This document shows, one piece after another, positions 22,725 to 31,579 of a stretch of 64,000 nucleotides of DNA. The notes under the pieces are model-generated. The model saw only the letters and a program-made list of their open reading frames with translations. It was not told where the DNA came from and did no database searches. The position numbers were made by a program, and so were the translations under genes. Numbering within the stretch: the stretch's first letter is position 1; each line of letters opens with the position of its first letter. The DNA comes from Terriglobia bacterium (GTDB lineage Bacteria; Acidobacteriota; Polarisedimenticolia; Polarisedimenticolales; JAIQFR01): assembly GCA_963748015.1 (NCBI GenBank), contig CAVVHE010000009.1, positions 320,001 to 384,000 of the forward strand. Reading direction: 5' to 3'.

Positions 22725-24200
22725 ATGTCTCACGGTCTCGCAGCGGGCGCCGCCTCCCTCGCGTCCTCGACCCACTGGGTCCCGCTGACGATCGTCGGCC
22801 TCTACATCGCGCTGCTCTTCGTCATCACGTGGTGGGCGCAGCGCTTGACCGAGCGGGGAGGCGGCGGGATGGTGGGCTACCTCCTCGCTGGGCGCCGGCT
22901 GCCCGCGACGGTGGCGGCCGCGCTGCTGGCGGGCCTAGCCGTGGGCGGCGCCTCGACCATCGGCGTGGCGGAGCAGGCCTACCGCAAGGGGATCTCGGCG
23001 GGCTGGTACAACGCGGCGTGGGCCGCTGGGGCGCTCGTGATGGGTCTCGGCGCCGCGCGCCGCTATCGGCGGCTCGAGATCACCACCCTGCCCGAGCTGT
23101 TCGAGCGCGTGTACTCGACCAGCGGCCGTGTGCTCGCCGTGATCGGCCAGCTGGTGATCCAGATCGTCGTGACGTCGCTGCAGTACGTGGCCGGGGGAGC
23201 CATCCTCTCTTCCCTGATGCCGGGAGTCTTCTCGTACCGGACGGGCATGGCGCTCACCGCGGCGGTGTTCGTGGGGATCACGCTGATCGGGGGCTTCTGG
23301 GCGGCCGGGCTCACCAACATCGTCAACGTCATCGTGATCTACGTCGGCATCCTGCTCGGCGCGTTCCTGACGGTGGGCCGCGTGGGCGGCTGGCACGCAC
23401 TGGTCGCGCGACTGCCCGCGGAGCATCCCGGCTTCGACCTCCTGGCCGTGGGGCCGTGGGTGATACTGGCCTGGTTCCTGGTCATGATCACGATGGCGCA
23501 CTCGACCCAGTCGGTGATCCAGATCGGCTTCGCCGCGAAGGACGAGCGGGCCGCGGGGCGCGCGTACCTGCTTGGCGCGCTGATCATCGCGCCGGTGGGC
23601 TTCGTGAGCGCCGTGATCGGCATGGCGGCGGTGGTGCTCTACCCGGGCATCGTCGCGGCCGAGGCGCTGCCGCGGGCGGTGCTCGACCTCTCGCCGCTGG
23701 CCGCGGGACTGGTGCTGTCGGGTCTGTGGGCCGCCGACGTGAGCACGGCCTCGGCCCTGCTCGTGGGCTCGGCGACGCTGGTTTCCACGGACATCGTCAA
23801 GCGCTTCTTCGCCCGGGAGCTGAGCGCCGAGCAAGAGCAGCGGCTCTGCCGCCTCACCGTGCTGGGCATCAGCGTCGTCACGTTTCTCTTAGCACTCGCG
23901 GTGCGCGGCATCCTGGAGATGCTGCTCGTCGGCCTGACGCTGTCCACCGCCTACACGCTGGTCGTGCTGATGACCATGTACTGGCCCGCGGCGTGCCGCC
24001 GGTCCTCGGCCACGTGGACCACGGCGGCGACGATGCTGACGCTCGGGGCCTGGCTCGTGGCGCCTGAAAGCTGGCGCCCGGTCCCGCACCCGATCTACCT
24101 GATGTGGCCGGTGAGCCTCGTGACCTTCTTCGCGGTCGCCTTGCTCGATCGCAGGCGCATCGAGGTTCCCCGGGCTACGGGACCAGCACGGCCCTCTTGA
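22725..24200 (+). CDS. Sodium:solute symporter family transporter
   Basis: About 13 TM segments. Motifs YLLAGRRL, VGGASTIGVAE, ITTLPELF, GGFWA and AADVSTAS. Confidence 0.88.
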   Translation: MSHGLAAGAASLASSTHWVPLTIVGLYIALLFVITWWAQRLTERGGGGMVGYLLAGRRLPATVAAALLAGLAVGGASTIGVAEQAYRKGISAGWYNAAWAAGALVMGLGAARRYRRLEITTLPELFERVYSTSGRVLAVIGQLVIQIVVTSLQYVAGGAILSSLMPGVFSYRTGMALTAAVFVGITLIGGFWAAGLTNIVNVIVIYVGILLGAFLTVGRVGGWHALVARLPAEHPGFDLLAVGPWVILAWFLVMITMAHSTQSVIQIGFAAKDERAAGRAYLLGALIIAPVGFVSAVIGMAAVVLYPGIVAAEALPRAVLDLSPLAAGLVLSGLWAADVSTASALLVGSATLVSTDIVKRFFARELSAEQEQRLCRLTVLGISVVTFLLALAVRGILEMLLVGLTLSTAYTLVVLMTMYWPAACRRSSATWTTAATMLTLGAWLVAPESWRPVPHPIYLMWPVSLVTFFAVALLDRRRIEVPRATGPARPS

Positions 24201-25257
24201 GCAGCTCGCCGCGGTGGGCCGCGTCGAACACGCGATTGATCTCGGCGAGGGGGTGCTTCTCCACGAAGGGGGAGATGCGGATCCTGCCGGCGCCGATCCA
24301 ATCGAGGACCTCGGGATAGAGCACGGGGTCGCACCCCCAGTTGCCGAAGGCGGTGGCGTCGAACGCCATCAGGTTGCTCAAGCGTACCTCGAGGCGGTCC
24401 ATCGTGAAGCCGACGATCGCGATCACCGCGCCGAACCCCATCAGCCCGAACGCGGTCTCCTGGCCGGGGCGGGTTCCGGATGTCTCGAAGATCTTCCACC
24501 GGTGCCTTGGCGCGCCGATCTTCTCCGCCTCCGAGCGGACCTGCTTGAGCAGGTCCTTGATGGCCAGGCCGGAGACGTTCACGGCGGCCGAGGCGCCGGA
24601 CGCCAGCGCGACCTCGAGCTTCGCGGGGTTCACGTCGAGCGCGATCACTTTCGCCCCCGCCGCGGCGGCGATCTGGACCCCGTGGATGCCGATACCGCCC
24701 GCTCCCACGAACACCGCGAGGTCGCCGGCCGCGAGGCCCGCGCGCCGGATCGCCTGGAAGGGGGTGGTGACCGCGTCGGAGACGATCGCCAGCTCCCACA
24801 GCTCGTGTCGCTCGAGGACCTTCTCGCTCACGCGGCAAAGGAAGCGCGCGGGTACCACGACGTGGGACGCGAACCCACCGTCGCGGTCGTTTCCGGGCAT
24901 CACCTGGGACCGGCAGATCGTCCGTGCCCCCGCGCGGCACAGCTCGCACTCCCCGCAGGGCAGCACCGCGGGAACCACCACGGGCGCCCCCAGCCATCCG
25001 GTTTCGACCCCTTCGCCCGCTTCCACCACCCTCCCGCTGATCTCGTGGCCGAGGACCAGCGGCAGCTCCGCCCGGGTCTTGACCCCGTGGTGCAGGAACG
25101 AAACGTCGGTGTGGCAGACCCCGCAACCCGCGACCTCGATCACCGCCTCGCCGGCCGCCGGCGTGCGGCGAGGCGCTGTGCGGCGCTCGAAGGGCGCTCC
25201 CGGGGCGGTCATCGCCCAATCGTTGATCGTCGATTCCGACCCGGCCGCCATGCCCAT
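24175..25257 (-). CDS. had: 6-hydroxycyclohex-1-ene-1-carbonyl-CoA dehydrogenase (Zn-dependent)
   Basis: GGAGG then ATG 25257. Motifs GCGVCHTD, LGHEISG, CGECELC..C, MPGNDRDGGFASH, WKIFETSG and RLSNLMAFDATAFGNWGC. Benzoyl-CoA pathway context. Confidence 0.88.
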   Translation of the reverse strand: MGMAAGSESTINDWAMTAPGAPFERRTAPRRTPAAGEAVIEVAGCGVCHTDVSFLHHGVKTRAELPLVLGHEISGRVVEAGEGVETGWLGAPVVVPAVLPCGECELCRAGARTICRSQVMPGNDRDGGFASHVVVPARFLCRVSEKVLERHELWELAIVSDAVTTPFQAIRRAGLAAGDLAVFVGAGGIGIHGVQIAAAAGAKVIALDVNPAKLEVALASGASAAVNVSGLAIKDLLKQVRSEAEKIGAPRHRWKIFETSGTRPGQETAFGLMGFGAVIAIVGFTMDRLEVRLSNLMAFDATAFGNWGCDPVLYPEVLDWIGAGRIRISPFVEKHPLAEINRVFDAAHRGELLKRAVLVP

Positions 25258-25277
25258 CGTCGCCTCCTCCACGACCC

Positions 25278-27179
25278 TCACCGGTCGCCGAACACGACGC
25301 TCCCGCACTCGTGACACTGGTCGAGCGTCCTGTCCTTGCCCAGAAAGCAGCGCCGGGAATCCGGCGCCGTCCGCATCACCTTTCGCAGGAACCGGCAATC
25401 GCAGTCCTCGCTCGGCTCGTAGATCGCCTCGAGGTGCTCCTCGGCGTTTCGCAGCACGTTCCGCACGCGCACCTTCATGGACGGGGTCAGCTCGTGGTCC
25501 TCGATCGACAGCTCCTTGCCGACCACCGCGAACGCCTGAAGGCGCTCGAGCTCCACCGCGTGCTCCGCGTTGAACTCCAGCACGGTGCGCCGGAGCGACT
25601 CCTTGACCACGATCTCGGCCCTCTCCCGGTCTTTCCCGAACTCCTCCTCGATCAGGAAGAGGTTGGGGAAGATCAACGCGGCGAGAGCGCTCCTCCCGTC
25701 TCCCGCCACGATGACGTGCCGGATGTACTTGTTCCTGCCGGCCAGGTCGTTCTCGATCTCGGTCGGGACCACTTCCTCCCCGTTGAGCATCTTGAAGACG
25801 CGGTCCTTCCTGGCGACGAACCTGAGGCCGGCGCCGACGAACGCCCCGAGATCTCCCGACCGGAACCAGCCGTCGCCGGGCAGCACTTTCGCGGTCGCGT
25901 CGGGGGCGTCGTGATACCCGCTCGTCACGTTGGGTCCCTGCACGAGGATCTCGCCGTCCTCCGCGAGCTTGATCTTCACTCCCGGAAGCGGGTAACCCAC
26001 CATTCCCGGAACGGTCCGGGGCTCCTCGATGTCGGTCAGCGTGCAGCACGGCGAGGTCTCCGTCAGGCCCCAACCCTCGAGCACCGGGATACTCCTGGAC
26101 GCGAAAAAGTCGGACAGGTTGGCCGGCAGGGGAGTCGCGGACGTGAAGAGGAAGCTCAGCTCCTCGTGGAAGATCCGGCTCTCGTCCTCCGGGTGCAGCC
26201 GGACGTGGTCCGCGAGTTGCTGGTAGATCTTCGGCACGCTGAAGTACACGGTCGGGCGGATTTCCTTCCAGTTCTTGAGCAGGAGGTCGAAGTCCTCTCC
26301 GAATCCGTCGTCGAGAGCCAGTGTCGCGCCCCGGTACAGCGCCGTGTACTTCTCGAAGATCCCGCCGAAGCTGTGGTGCCACGGCAGATGGGACAGGAAT
26401 CGGTCGTCCGGGGTAATCCGCCACAGCGCCGAGAGCGCCCGCTGTTGCGAGAGGATGTTGTCGTGGCTCAGGAGGACCCCCTTCTGCGAGCCGGTCGTCC
26501 CCGAGGTGTACATCATGACGCACGGCTGGTCGGGGTGAACGCGCGCCGCCGACCAGAGGAACATCCCGAGGCGAAGGTCGTCGTGGTCGCCCACGGCGTT
26601 CCGCCGCAGCGCGGCCCGAAACGTGAAGTACTCCGCCTTGTGCCCCGCGAGCGCGTCGTCGACGGTCGCCCGGGCGATGGGATCGAAGGAGACGATCAGC
26701 CGGACCGAGGGCGGGACGTAGGTCTTGTCGAACTGGTCGCGCCCGGACAGGATCAGGGCGGAAGCCCCCGAGTGTTCGAGCAGCGCTCGGGTCTGCTCCG
26801 CCGAGTAGCCGGGGAAGATCGGAGCGTAGACGGCGCCGAGGCACATGACCGCGAACTCCGCCACCAGCATCTCGCCGCGGTTGCGCGAAAGAACGGCGAC
26901 GCGGTCGTTCTTGGCGATGCCGAAGGAGCTCAAGAACCGGCCGAACGAGACCACGTCGTAGAGGAAGTCCTCCCACGTCACGGAGACGAACTGCCCGCCG
27001 CGCTTCTCGCGGTAGATCGCCCGCTCTCGGAAGCGCTCCGCGTTCCTGGCCAGCAGGGAGCCGACGGTCTCCCGGGGCCCGACGGGCTCGAGCCGGGAGT
27101 AAATGACGCTGCCTTCGCGAACCGTCGAGCGAGCGTGGCCCGGGGACCACGGCTCGCCGGGAAGCTCGACAGCGCTCAT
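25278..27179 (-). CDS. AMP-forming acyl-CoA synthetase (long-chain FACL-like) with a Cys-rich C-terminal tail
   Basis: Motifs MYTSGTTGSQKGV, EGWGLTETSP, WFRSGDLG and LTPSMK. ATGA overlap with the upstream gene. Confidence 0.85.
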   Translation of the reverse strand: MSAVELPGEPWSPGHARSTVREGSVIYSRLEPVGPRETVGSLLARNAERFRERAIYREKRGGQFVSVTWEDFLYDVVSFGRFLSSFGIAKNDRVAVLSRNRGEMLVAEFAVMCLGAVYAPIFPGYSAEQTRALLEHSGASALILSGRDQFDKTYVPPSVRLIVSFDPIARATVDDALAGHKAEYFTFRAALRRNAVGDHDDLRLGMFLWSAARVHPDQPCVMMYTSGTTGSQKGVLLSHDNILSQQRALSALWRITPDDRFLSHLPWHHSFGGIFEKYTALYRGATLALDDGFGEDFDLLLKNWKEIRPTVYFSVPKIYQQLADHVRLHPEDESRIFHEELSFLFTSATPLPANLSDFFASRSIPVLEGWGLTETSPCCTLTDIEEPRTVPGMVGYPLPGVKIKLAEDGEILVQGPNVTSGYHDAPDATAKVLPGDGWFRSGDLGAFVGAGLRFVARKDRVFKMLNGEEVVPTEIENDLAGRNKYIRHVIVAGDGRSALAALIFPNLFLIEEEFGKDRERAEIVVKESLRRTVLEFNAEHAVELERLQAFAVVGKELSIEDHELTPSMKVRVRNVLRNAEEHLEAIYEPSEDCDCRFLRKVMRTAPDSRRCFLGKDRTLDQCHECGSVVFGDR

Positions 27180-28006
27180 CGCGCTTTCCCGTCGCCCGGC
27201 GCGCCGTCCCCGCCCGCCGCGGCTTCCTCGAGCGCCTTGAGCGCCGCGCCGAGCGCGCCGGCGAACAGGGGCTGCGGCATCACCGTCACTTTCATGCCCG
27301 ACTGGGACTCCAGCCCGCGGATCACGCCGGGGAAATACTCGGCGACGCCGCCGGTCACGACGATCGGCTCCTTGAACCCGCCGATCTCCAGAATCCGCTC
27401 GGCGATGGAGTGCATGCAGCCGAGCGCGACCTCCTCGCGGGTCGCCCCCTCGCGCAGCCGCTCCAGGATCTCCGTGCTGGAAAACACCGAGCAGAAGCTG
27501 CTGACCGGGGCCGGCCTGTCGGCCAAGGCCGCCAGCTCCTGCAGCCGCGTCGGGTGCACGTCGAGGTGCCGCGCGGTGAACATCAGGAACGTGCCGATGC
27601 CGACGGCGCACCGGCGCACGGCCAGCGCCTCCAGTCTCCGGCCGGCCTCGTCCACGCGGATCACCCGCGGGTCCCGGCCGCCGATGTTGATCACGGTCAT
27701 CGCCCCGGGATGGTGCCGGAACGCGCCCAGCGCGTGGCACGCGGTCTCGGTGGCGGTCGTCGTCGCCTGCGCAACGCAGGTCGCCGCGAAGCCGGTGGCG
27801 CAGATCCCCGCGAGGTCCTTCTCGAGGACCTGGGCGTCGTCGAGCGCGGCCGCGAGCACCTCGTGGACGCATGCCTGGAAGTAGCCTCGCGTGGGCACGA
27901 CCGAGCGGCCGATCACGTCGCCCGTGGCGCTCACGACGATCGCCTTGACGCACTCGGTTCCCACGTCCACGCCTGCCGCGGCCCGATTCTCGCTGTTCAA
28001 AGGCAA
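27176..28006 (-). CDS. Divergent BadF/BadG/BcrA/BcrD-family activase-like protein
   Basis: Motifs GVDVGTECVK, ETACH, NIGGRDPR, RRCAVGIG, SSFCSVF, VTGGV and GALGAA. The start codon is uncertain. Confidence 0.8.
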   Translation of the reverse strand: MPLNSENRAAAGVDVGTECVKAIVVSATGDVIGRSVVPTRGYFQACVHEVLAAALDDAQVLEKDLAGICATGFAATCVAQATTTATETACHALGAFRHHPGAMTVINIGGRDPRVIRVDEAGRRLEALAVRRCAVGIGTFLMFTARHLDVHPTRLQELAALADRPAPVSSFCSVFSSTEILERLREGATREEVALGCMHSIAERILEIGGFKEPIVVTGGVAEYFPGVIRGLESQSGMKVTVMPQPLFAGALGAALKALEEAAAGGDGAPGDGKAR

Positions 28007-28034
28007 ACCCTCGCTTTCTCCCGCGATCCCAAAA

Positions 28035-30299
28035 TCAGCCCCGCCCGCGCACCTGTTCCTCGTGCTGCTCGAGAAAGTCCGCGAGGAGGCTCTCGAGGCG
28101 CTCCGTCGAGAAGAGTCTCGCGTCGTGCGAATCCGCCTCGAGGACGAACGAGGGCAGGCCCGTCAGCCGACGCACGCGGACCTCGAGACCGAAGCGGACG
28201 TTGCTGTGCTCTGGGGAGGTCCGGCATTCGTGATAGACCACGCCGTCCACGCCGAATTCCTCGAGCTGCTGCACGATGGACGCCGCCTTGTAGTCCTCCG
28301 ACCGGTTCGGGAAGATGCTCATGTAGGTCCGTGCCATGCTTTCCATCGGGTTGTCCGGGTCGAGGCCGGAGAGGGCGAAGTTCGACGCGAAGGTGGAGGC
28401 AACGAGCGCCGCCTTGCGATCGGCGAAGAGCTTCGACAGCGGCCGGAGCGCGCTCCAGATCGGCGGGCCGTCCCAGTAGAACCGGTGCCGCTCGCCCTGG
28501 ACCGCGGCGACGCCGTGCACCAACCGGTCCTCGAGCTCGGCCTTGAGAAGCGAGTAGTACTCCACGGCCTGCGGCGTGCCCCTCAAGAGCACCATCGGCG
28601 CGACGTGGACCAGCGTGTCGAAGAACGACATCGGCGACGGCACCGCGCGCGCCAGCGTGAGGATCTCGGACCAGAGGCTTGCCGCGTGCGCGGAATACCC
28701 CACGACCTCGGCCAGCCGGTCGATGTCGAGCCTCGATCCGGTGACCTGCTCGAGACGACTCGTCAGGCGGAGCAGCTGGTGGACGGCGGCGTCCACGTCG
28801 ATGCGGTCGATCTCGCCTAGCGCCGCGGGCGGGTGAAGCCCGAAGACCGGCACGCCGTAGTGCCCGCCGTAGTACTCGAACCAGCTGATCAGGCTGTGTC
28901 CGTTGTTCGTGCTGTAGACGACCATGTCGGGACGAGGAGGCCCCGAGATGCCGTGCGCGGTGACGAGCGGGCTGTCGCCGGCGAGGAGCGCTCCGATGTC
29001 GCACCGCATGGCCGAGCTGACGAATTGCGAGAACCCCTCGGCGGCCGCGCGGGGAATGTACTTGTTCCCCTGGCGGCTCGCTCCGATGAGGGCCGCGTGG
29101 TTCTCGGGGAAGTACGGCGTCATCCCGAGAGCGCGAACGAGCTCCACCGGGCCGAGACCCGAGCAACATGCGACGAGGCGCTGCGGGTCGTCCGACGCCG
29201 CCTGGAGGTCGAGGTAGTAGGCGTGCACCATCTCCTTCAGGAGAACGGCGCTGCGGAGCGGCGCGCCGCCGTTCGGCATCCCGCCGTCGAGGCCCATCGG
29301 CGTGGCGCGCGCCGGCTCGGAATCTCGCGCCGCCGTCGCCTCCTGGAGCTTCTGCGCGATCTCCTGGCGCCTCATGATCTTCTGCCGTTCCCGCGAGTGG
29401 ATGAAGTGGACGAGGGCCTTGTTGTGGGGGGAGAGGATGCCGAGCCTCGTCCCCTCGTCCACGATCGCGCCGTTGATGGCGTCCACCTCGGTCTGCTGGC
29501 CGCGGGTCAGGTCCTGCCACATCGAGGGCCGGTTCTTCCCGAGCGCCTTGAGCGACCCGATCACGGGCCGGAAGGGATCCTCCTCGTCCACGATCGGCAC
29601 GCCGTGGGCGCGCATCACCGCGATGCACTCGCCGCAGAGGTCCCGCATGAACACCATGAGGTCTTCGTCGGCGAGCATCTCGCGGCAGGTCAGCCCGGTC
29701 ACGGCGGAGACCGGATTGACCACGGCGTTGTGCAGCAGCTTCTGCCAGATGACGCTGTCGATGCTGGGGACGACGTCGGTGGGCAGCCCCGCGCCGCTCA
29801 GGAGCTTGCCGATCGCCTCGATTTCCGCCGTGATCTTTCCCGTGTGCGGCGCGATCTGGATCGGCTTGATCCCTGCCCGGAAGTGGATCCGGTTGGGGCC
29901 GGTGTGCTGGATGCTGTGGTAGGTGATCCCGCACAGCACGCGCTCTTCGCCCAGGAGGCGCGCCATCACCTGGGTGTTCCCGATGCCGTTCTGGAGCGAG
30001 AGGACCTTGGACGATGGGCCGATGACCGGCATCGCCGCGCGGATCGCCTCCTCCGTCTGATAGGTCTTGACCGCGACGAAGATCACGTCGAAGGGGGCGG
30101 AGCCCTCGTACGACGAGATGACCTGCAGCTTGATGCAGCGCTCGTCCCTGCCGTCCTGCGTGACGAAGATCCCCATCTCGGACAGCAGGCGCGCGCGTGC
30201 CTTGTTGACCTCGACGAGCGTGACGTCCTCGCCGGCCTCCGACAGGTGCGCGCCGATCAGGCCGCCGAGCGCCCCCGCGCCGACCACCAGGATCCGCAT
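28035..30299 (-). CDS. Fusion of a ketopantoate-reductase-like (PanE/ApbA) domain and a degenerate 2-hydroxyacyl-CoA dehydratase/BCR-like domain
   Basis: GGAGG then ATG 30299. N-half: VVGAGALGG, VAVK, LQNGIG, WQKLLHN, PSMWQD and TEVDAING. C-half: PYFPENHAALIGA, PRPDMVVY, FYWDGPP and LEADSHD. Both lie in one uninterrupted frame. Confidence 0.85.
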   Translation of the reverse strand: MRILVVGAGALGGLIGAHLSEAGEDVTLVEVNKARARLLSEMGIFVTQDGRDERCIKLQVISSYEGSAPFDVIFVAVKTYQTEEAIRAAMPVIGPSSKVLSLQNGIGNTQVMARLLGEERVLCGITYHSIQHTGPNRIHFRAGIKPIQIAPHTGKITAEIEAIGKLLSGAGLPTDVVPSIDSVIWQKLLHNAVVNPVSAVTGLTCREMLADEDLMVFMRDLCGECIAVMRAHGVPIVDEEDPFRPVIGSLKALGKNRPSMWQDLTRGQQTEVDAINGAIVDEGTRLGILSPHNKALVHFIHSRERQKIMRRQEIAQKLQEATAARDSEPARATPMGLDGGMPNGGAPLRSAVLLKEMVHAYYLDLQAASDDPQRLVACCSGLGPVELVRALGMTPYFPENHAALIGASRQGNKYIPRAAAEGFSQFVSSAMRCDIGALLAGDSPLVTAHGISGPPRPDMVVYSTNNGHSLISWFEYYGGHYGVPVFGLHPPAALGEIDRIDVDAAVHQLLRLTSRLEQVTGSRLDIDRLAEVVGYSAHAASLWSEILTLARAVPSPMSFFDTLVHVAPMVLLRGTPQAVEYYSLLKAELEDRLVHGVAAVQGERHRFYWDGPPIWSALRPLSKLFADRKAALVASTFASNFALSGLDPDNPMESMARTYMSIFPNRSEDYKAASIVQQLEEFGVDGVVYHECRTSPEHSNVRFGLEVRVRRLTGLPSFVLEADSHDARLFSTERLESLLADFLEQHEEQVRGRG

Positions 30300-30340
30300 C
30301 CCGCCTCCTCGCTCGCCGACCTTGCTCGGGGCGGCGCCGC

Positions 30341-31114
30341 TCAACGGTTCTTCCAGACCGGCTCGCGCTTCTCGAAGAAGGACGCGATCCCCTCCCGAAC
30401 GTCCTCGGACGGCATCAGCTCCTCGAGGAAGACCTTCTCCGCCTCCCGCCGCGCCTCCTCGAACGGCCGGCCGGCGAGCCGCCGCACCATCCTCGCGTTG
30501 AGGCGCATCACGAGAGGGCTCGCGCGGCGGAAGTCGGCGAGGACCTCGTCGAGCGCCGCCCGGAGCCCCTCCGGGGGAACGACGCGCGACACGAGGCCCA
30601 TGGCCTGCATCTCCGCGGCGGTGTAGGTCCTGCCCGAGCAGGTCACCTCCATCGCGCGCGCCGGGCCGATCCGGGCCGGGAGCCACGCGACCCCGACGGG
30701 GGCGAAGAAGCCGATGCGGATCTCCGGCTGGCCGAACTTCGCCCGCTCGCTCGCGAGCAGCACGTCGGCCATCATCGCCAGCTCGAAGCCAGCGCCGAGC
30801 GCGGCGCCGTCCACCGCCATGACGATCGGGAGCTCGAGGGCGCCGAGGATCGAGAACAACCGGCTGAACGCCGCGATCATCTCCGGCGCCTGCTCGGGAC
30901 GGTGCTCGCCGACGTCCGCGCCGGCGCTGAACGCCTTTCCGGTCGACGTGAACGCGGCCGCCTTGAGGGACCGGTCCGCGCGGACGTCCGCGAGCGCGTC
31001 CGCGATCGAGGCCATCATCGAGGCGGTCAGGATGTTGAGCGGCGGCGCGTCGAGGGTCACGAGCGCGATGCCGTCGGTCTTCTCGAGCCGGACTCCCTTG
31101 CCGTCTCCGCTCAT
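30341..31114 (-). CDS. dch: Enoyl-CoA hydratase, probable cyclohexa-1,5-diene-1-carbonyl-CoA hydratase
   Basis: Crotonase motifs APPLNIL, FSAGADVGEH, ALGAGFELA and FGQPEIRIGFFAP. Same operon as had and oah. Confidence 0.75.
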   Translation of the reverse strand: MSGDGKGVRLEKTDGIALVTLDAPPLNILTASMMASIADALADVRADRSLKAAAFTSTGKAFSAGADVGEHRPEQAPEMIAAFSRLFSILGALELPIVMAVDGAALGAGFELAMMADVLLASERAKFGQPEIRIGFFAPVGVAWLPARIGPARAMEVTCSGRTYTAAEMQAMGLVSRVVPPEGLRAALDEVLADFRRASPLVMRLNARMVRRLAGRPFEEARREAEKVFLEELMPSEDVREGIASFFEKREPVWKNR

Positions 31115-31575
31115 GGCGCCGCCTCCGCCGGCAGGGGCTCCTTGAACCAGGTGGTCCCCGGCCGCTCCAGCGTGTAGTGCACCTTGATGTCCGGGAGCTC
31201 CTCGAAGAGGCGCGGCACGACCTGCACGTCCATGCCGATCCGGATCTCCTCCTCCGGGATCGACTCGCCGAACCAGGCGAGCAGGCGCCCCGTCTCCTCG
31301 AGGTCCACGACGCCGATCGTGTACGGGACCTCGTCCTCGAACCCGGCGGGGGCCGCGTCGATCCGCGTCCAGGTGACGATCTTCCCGCGGCCGCTCAGCT
31401 CCTGCCAGCCGAAATCGCCGGAGAGGCACTTCGGGCAGTCGGCGCGCGGGGGGAAGGAGACGAGCCCGCACGCGGCGCAGCGGGACGCGACGATCCGCCC
31501 CGTCTTGAGGCGGTCGGCGAACTCCGCCACCTTGGTGTGAGGGCAGTAGCTGACTTTGCCGAACCATGAGAACAC
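31111..31575 (-). CDS. DUF35 Zn-ribbon/OB-fold thiolase partner protein
   Basis: CAACG..FPPRADCPKC and PYTIGVVDLEE. Directly downstream of the thiolase. Confidence 0.88.
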   Translation of the reverse strand: MFSWFGKVSYCPHTKVAEFADRLKTGRIVASRCAACGLVSFPPRADCPKCLSGDFGWQELSGRGKIVTWTRIDAAPAGFEDEVPYTIGVVDLEETGRLLAWFGESIPEEEIRIGMDVQVVPRLFEELPDIKVHYTLERPGTTWFKEPLPAEAAP

Positions 31576-31579
31576 GGCG

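Noticed and set aside
24175..24200. Convergent 26-bp overlap of the symporter and had as antisense regulation
   Set aside because: Short 3' overlaps are common in GC-rich genomes, and nothing else supports a regulatory role.
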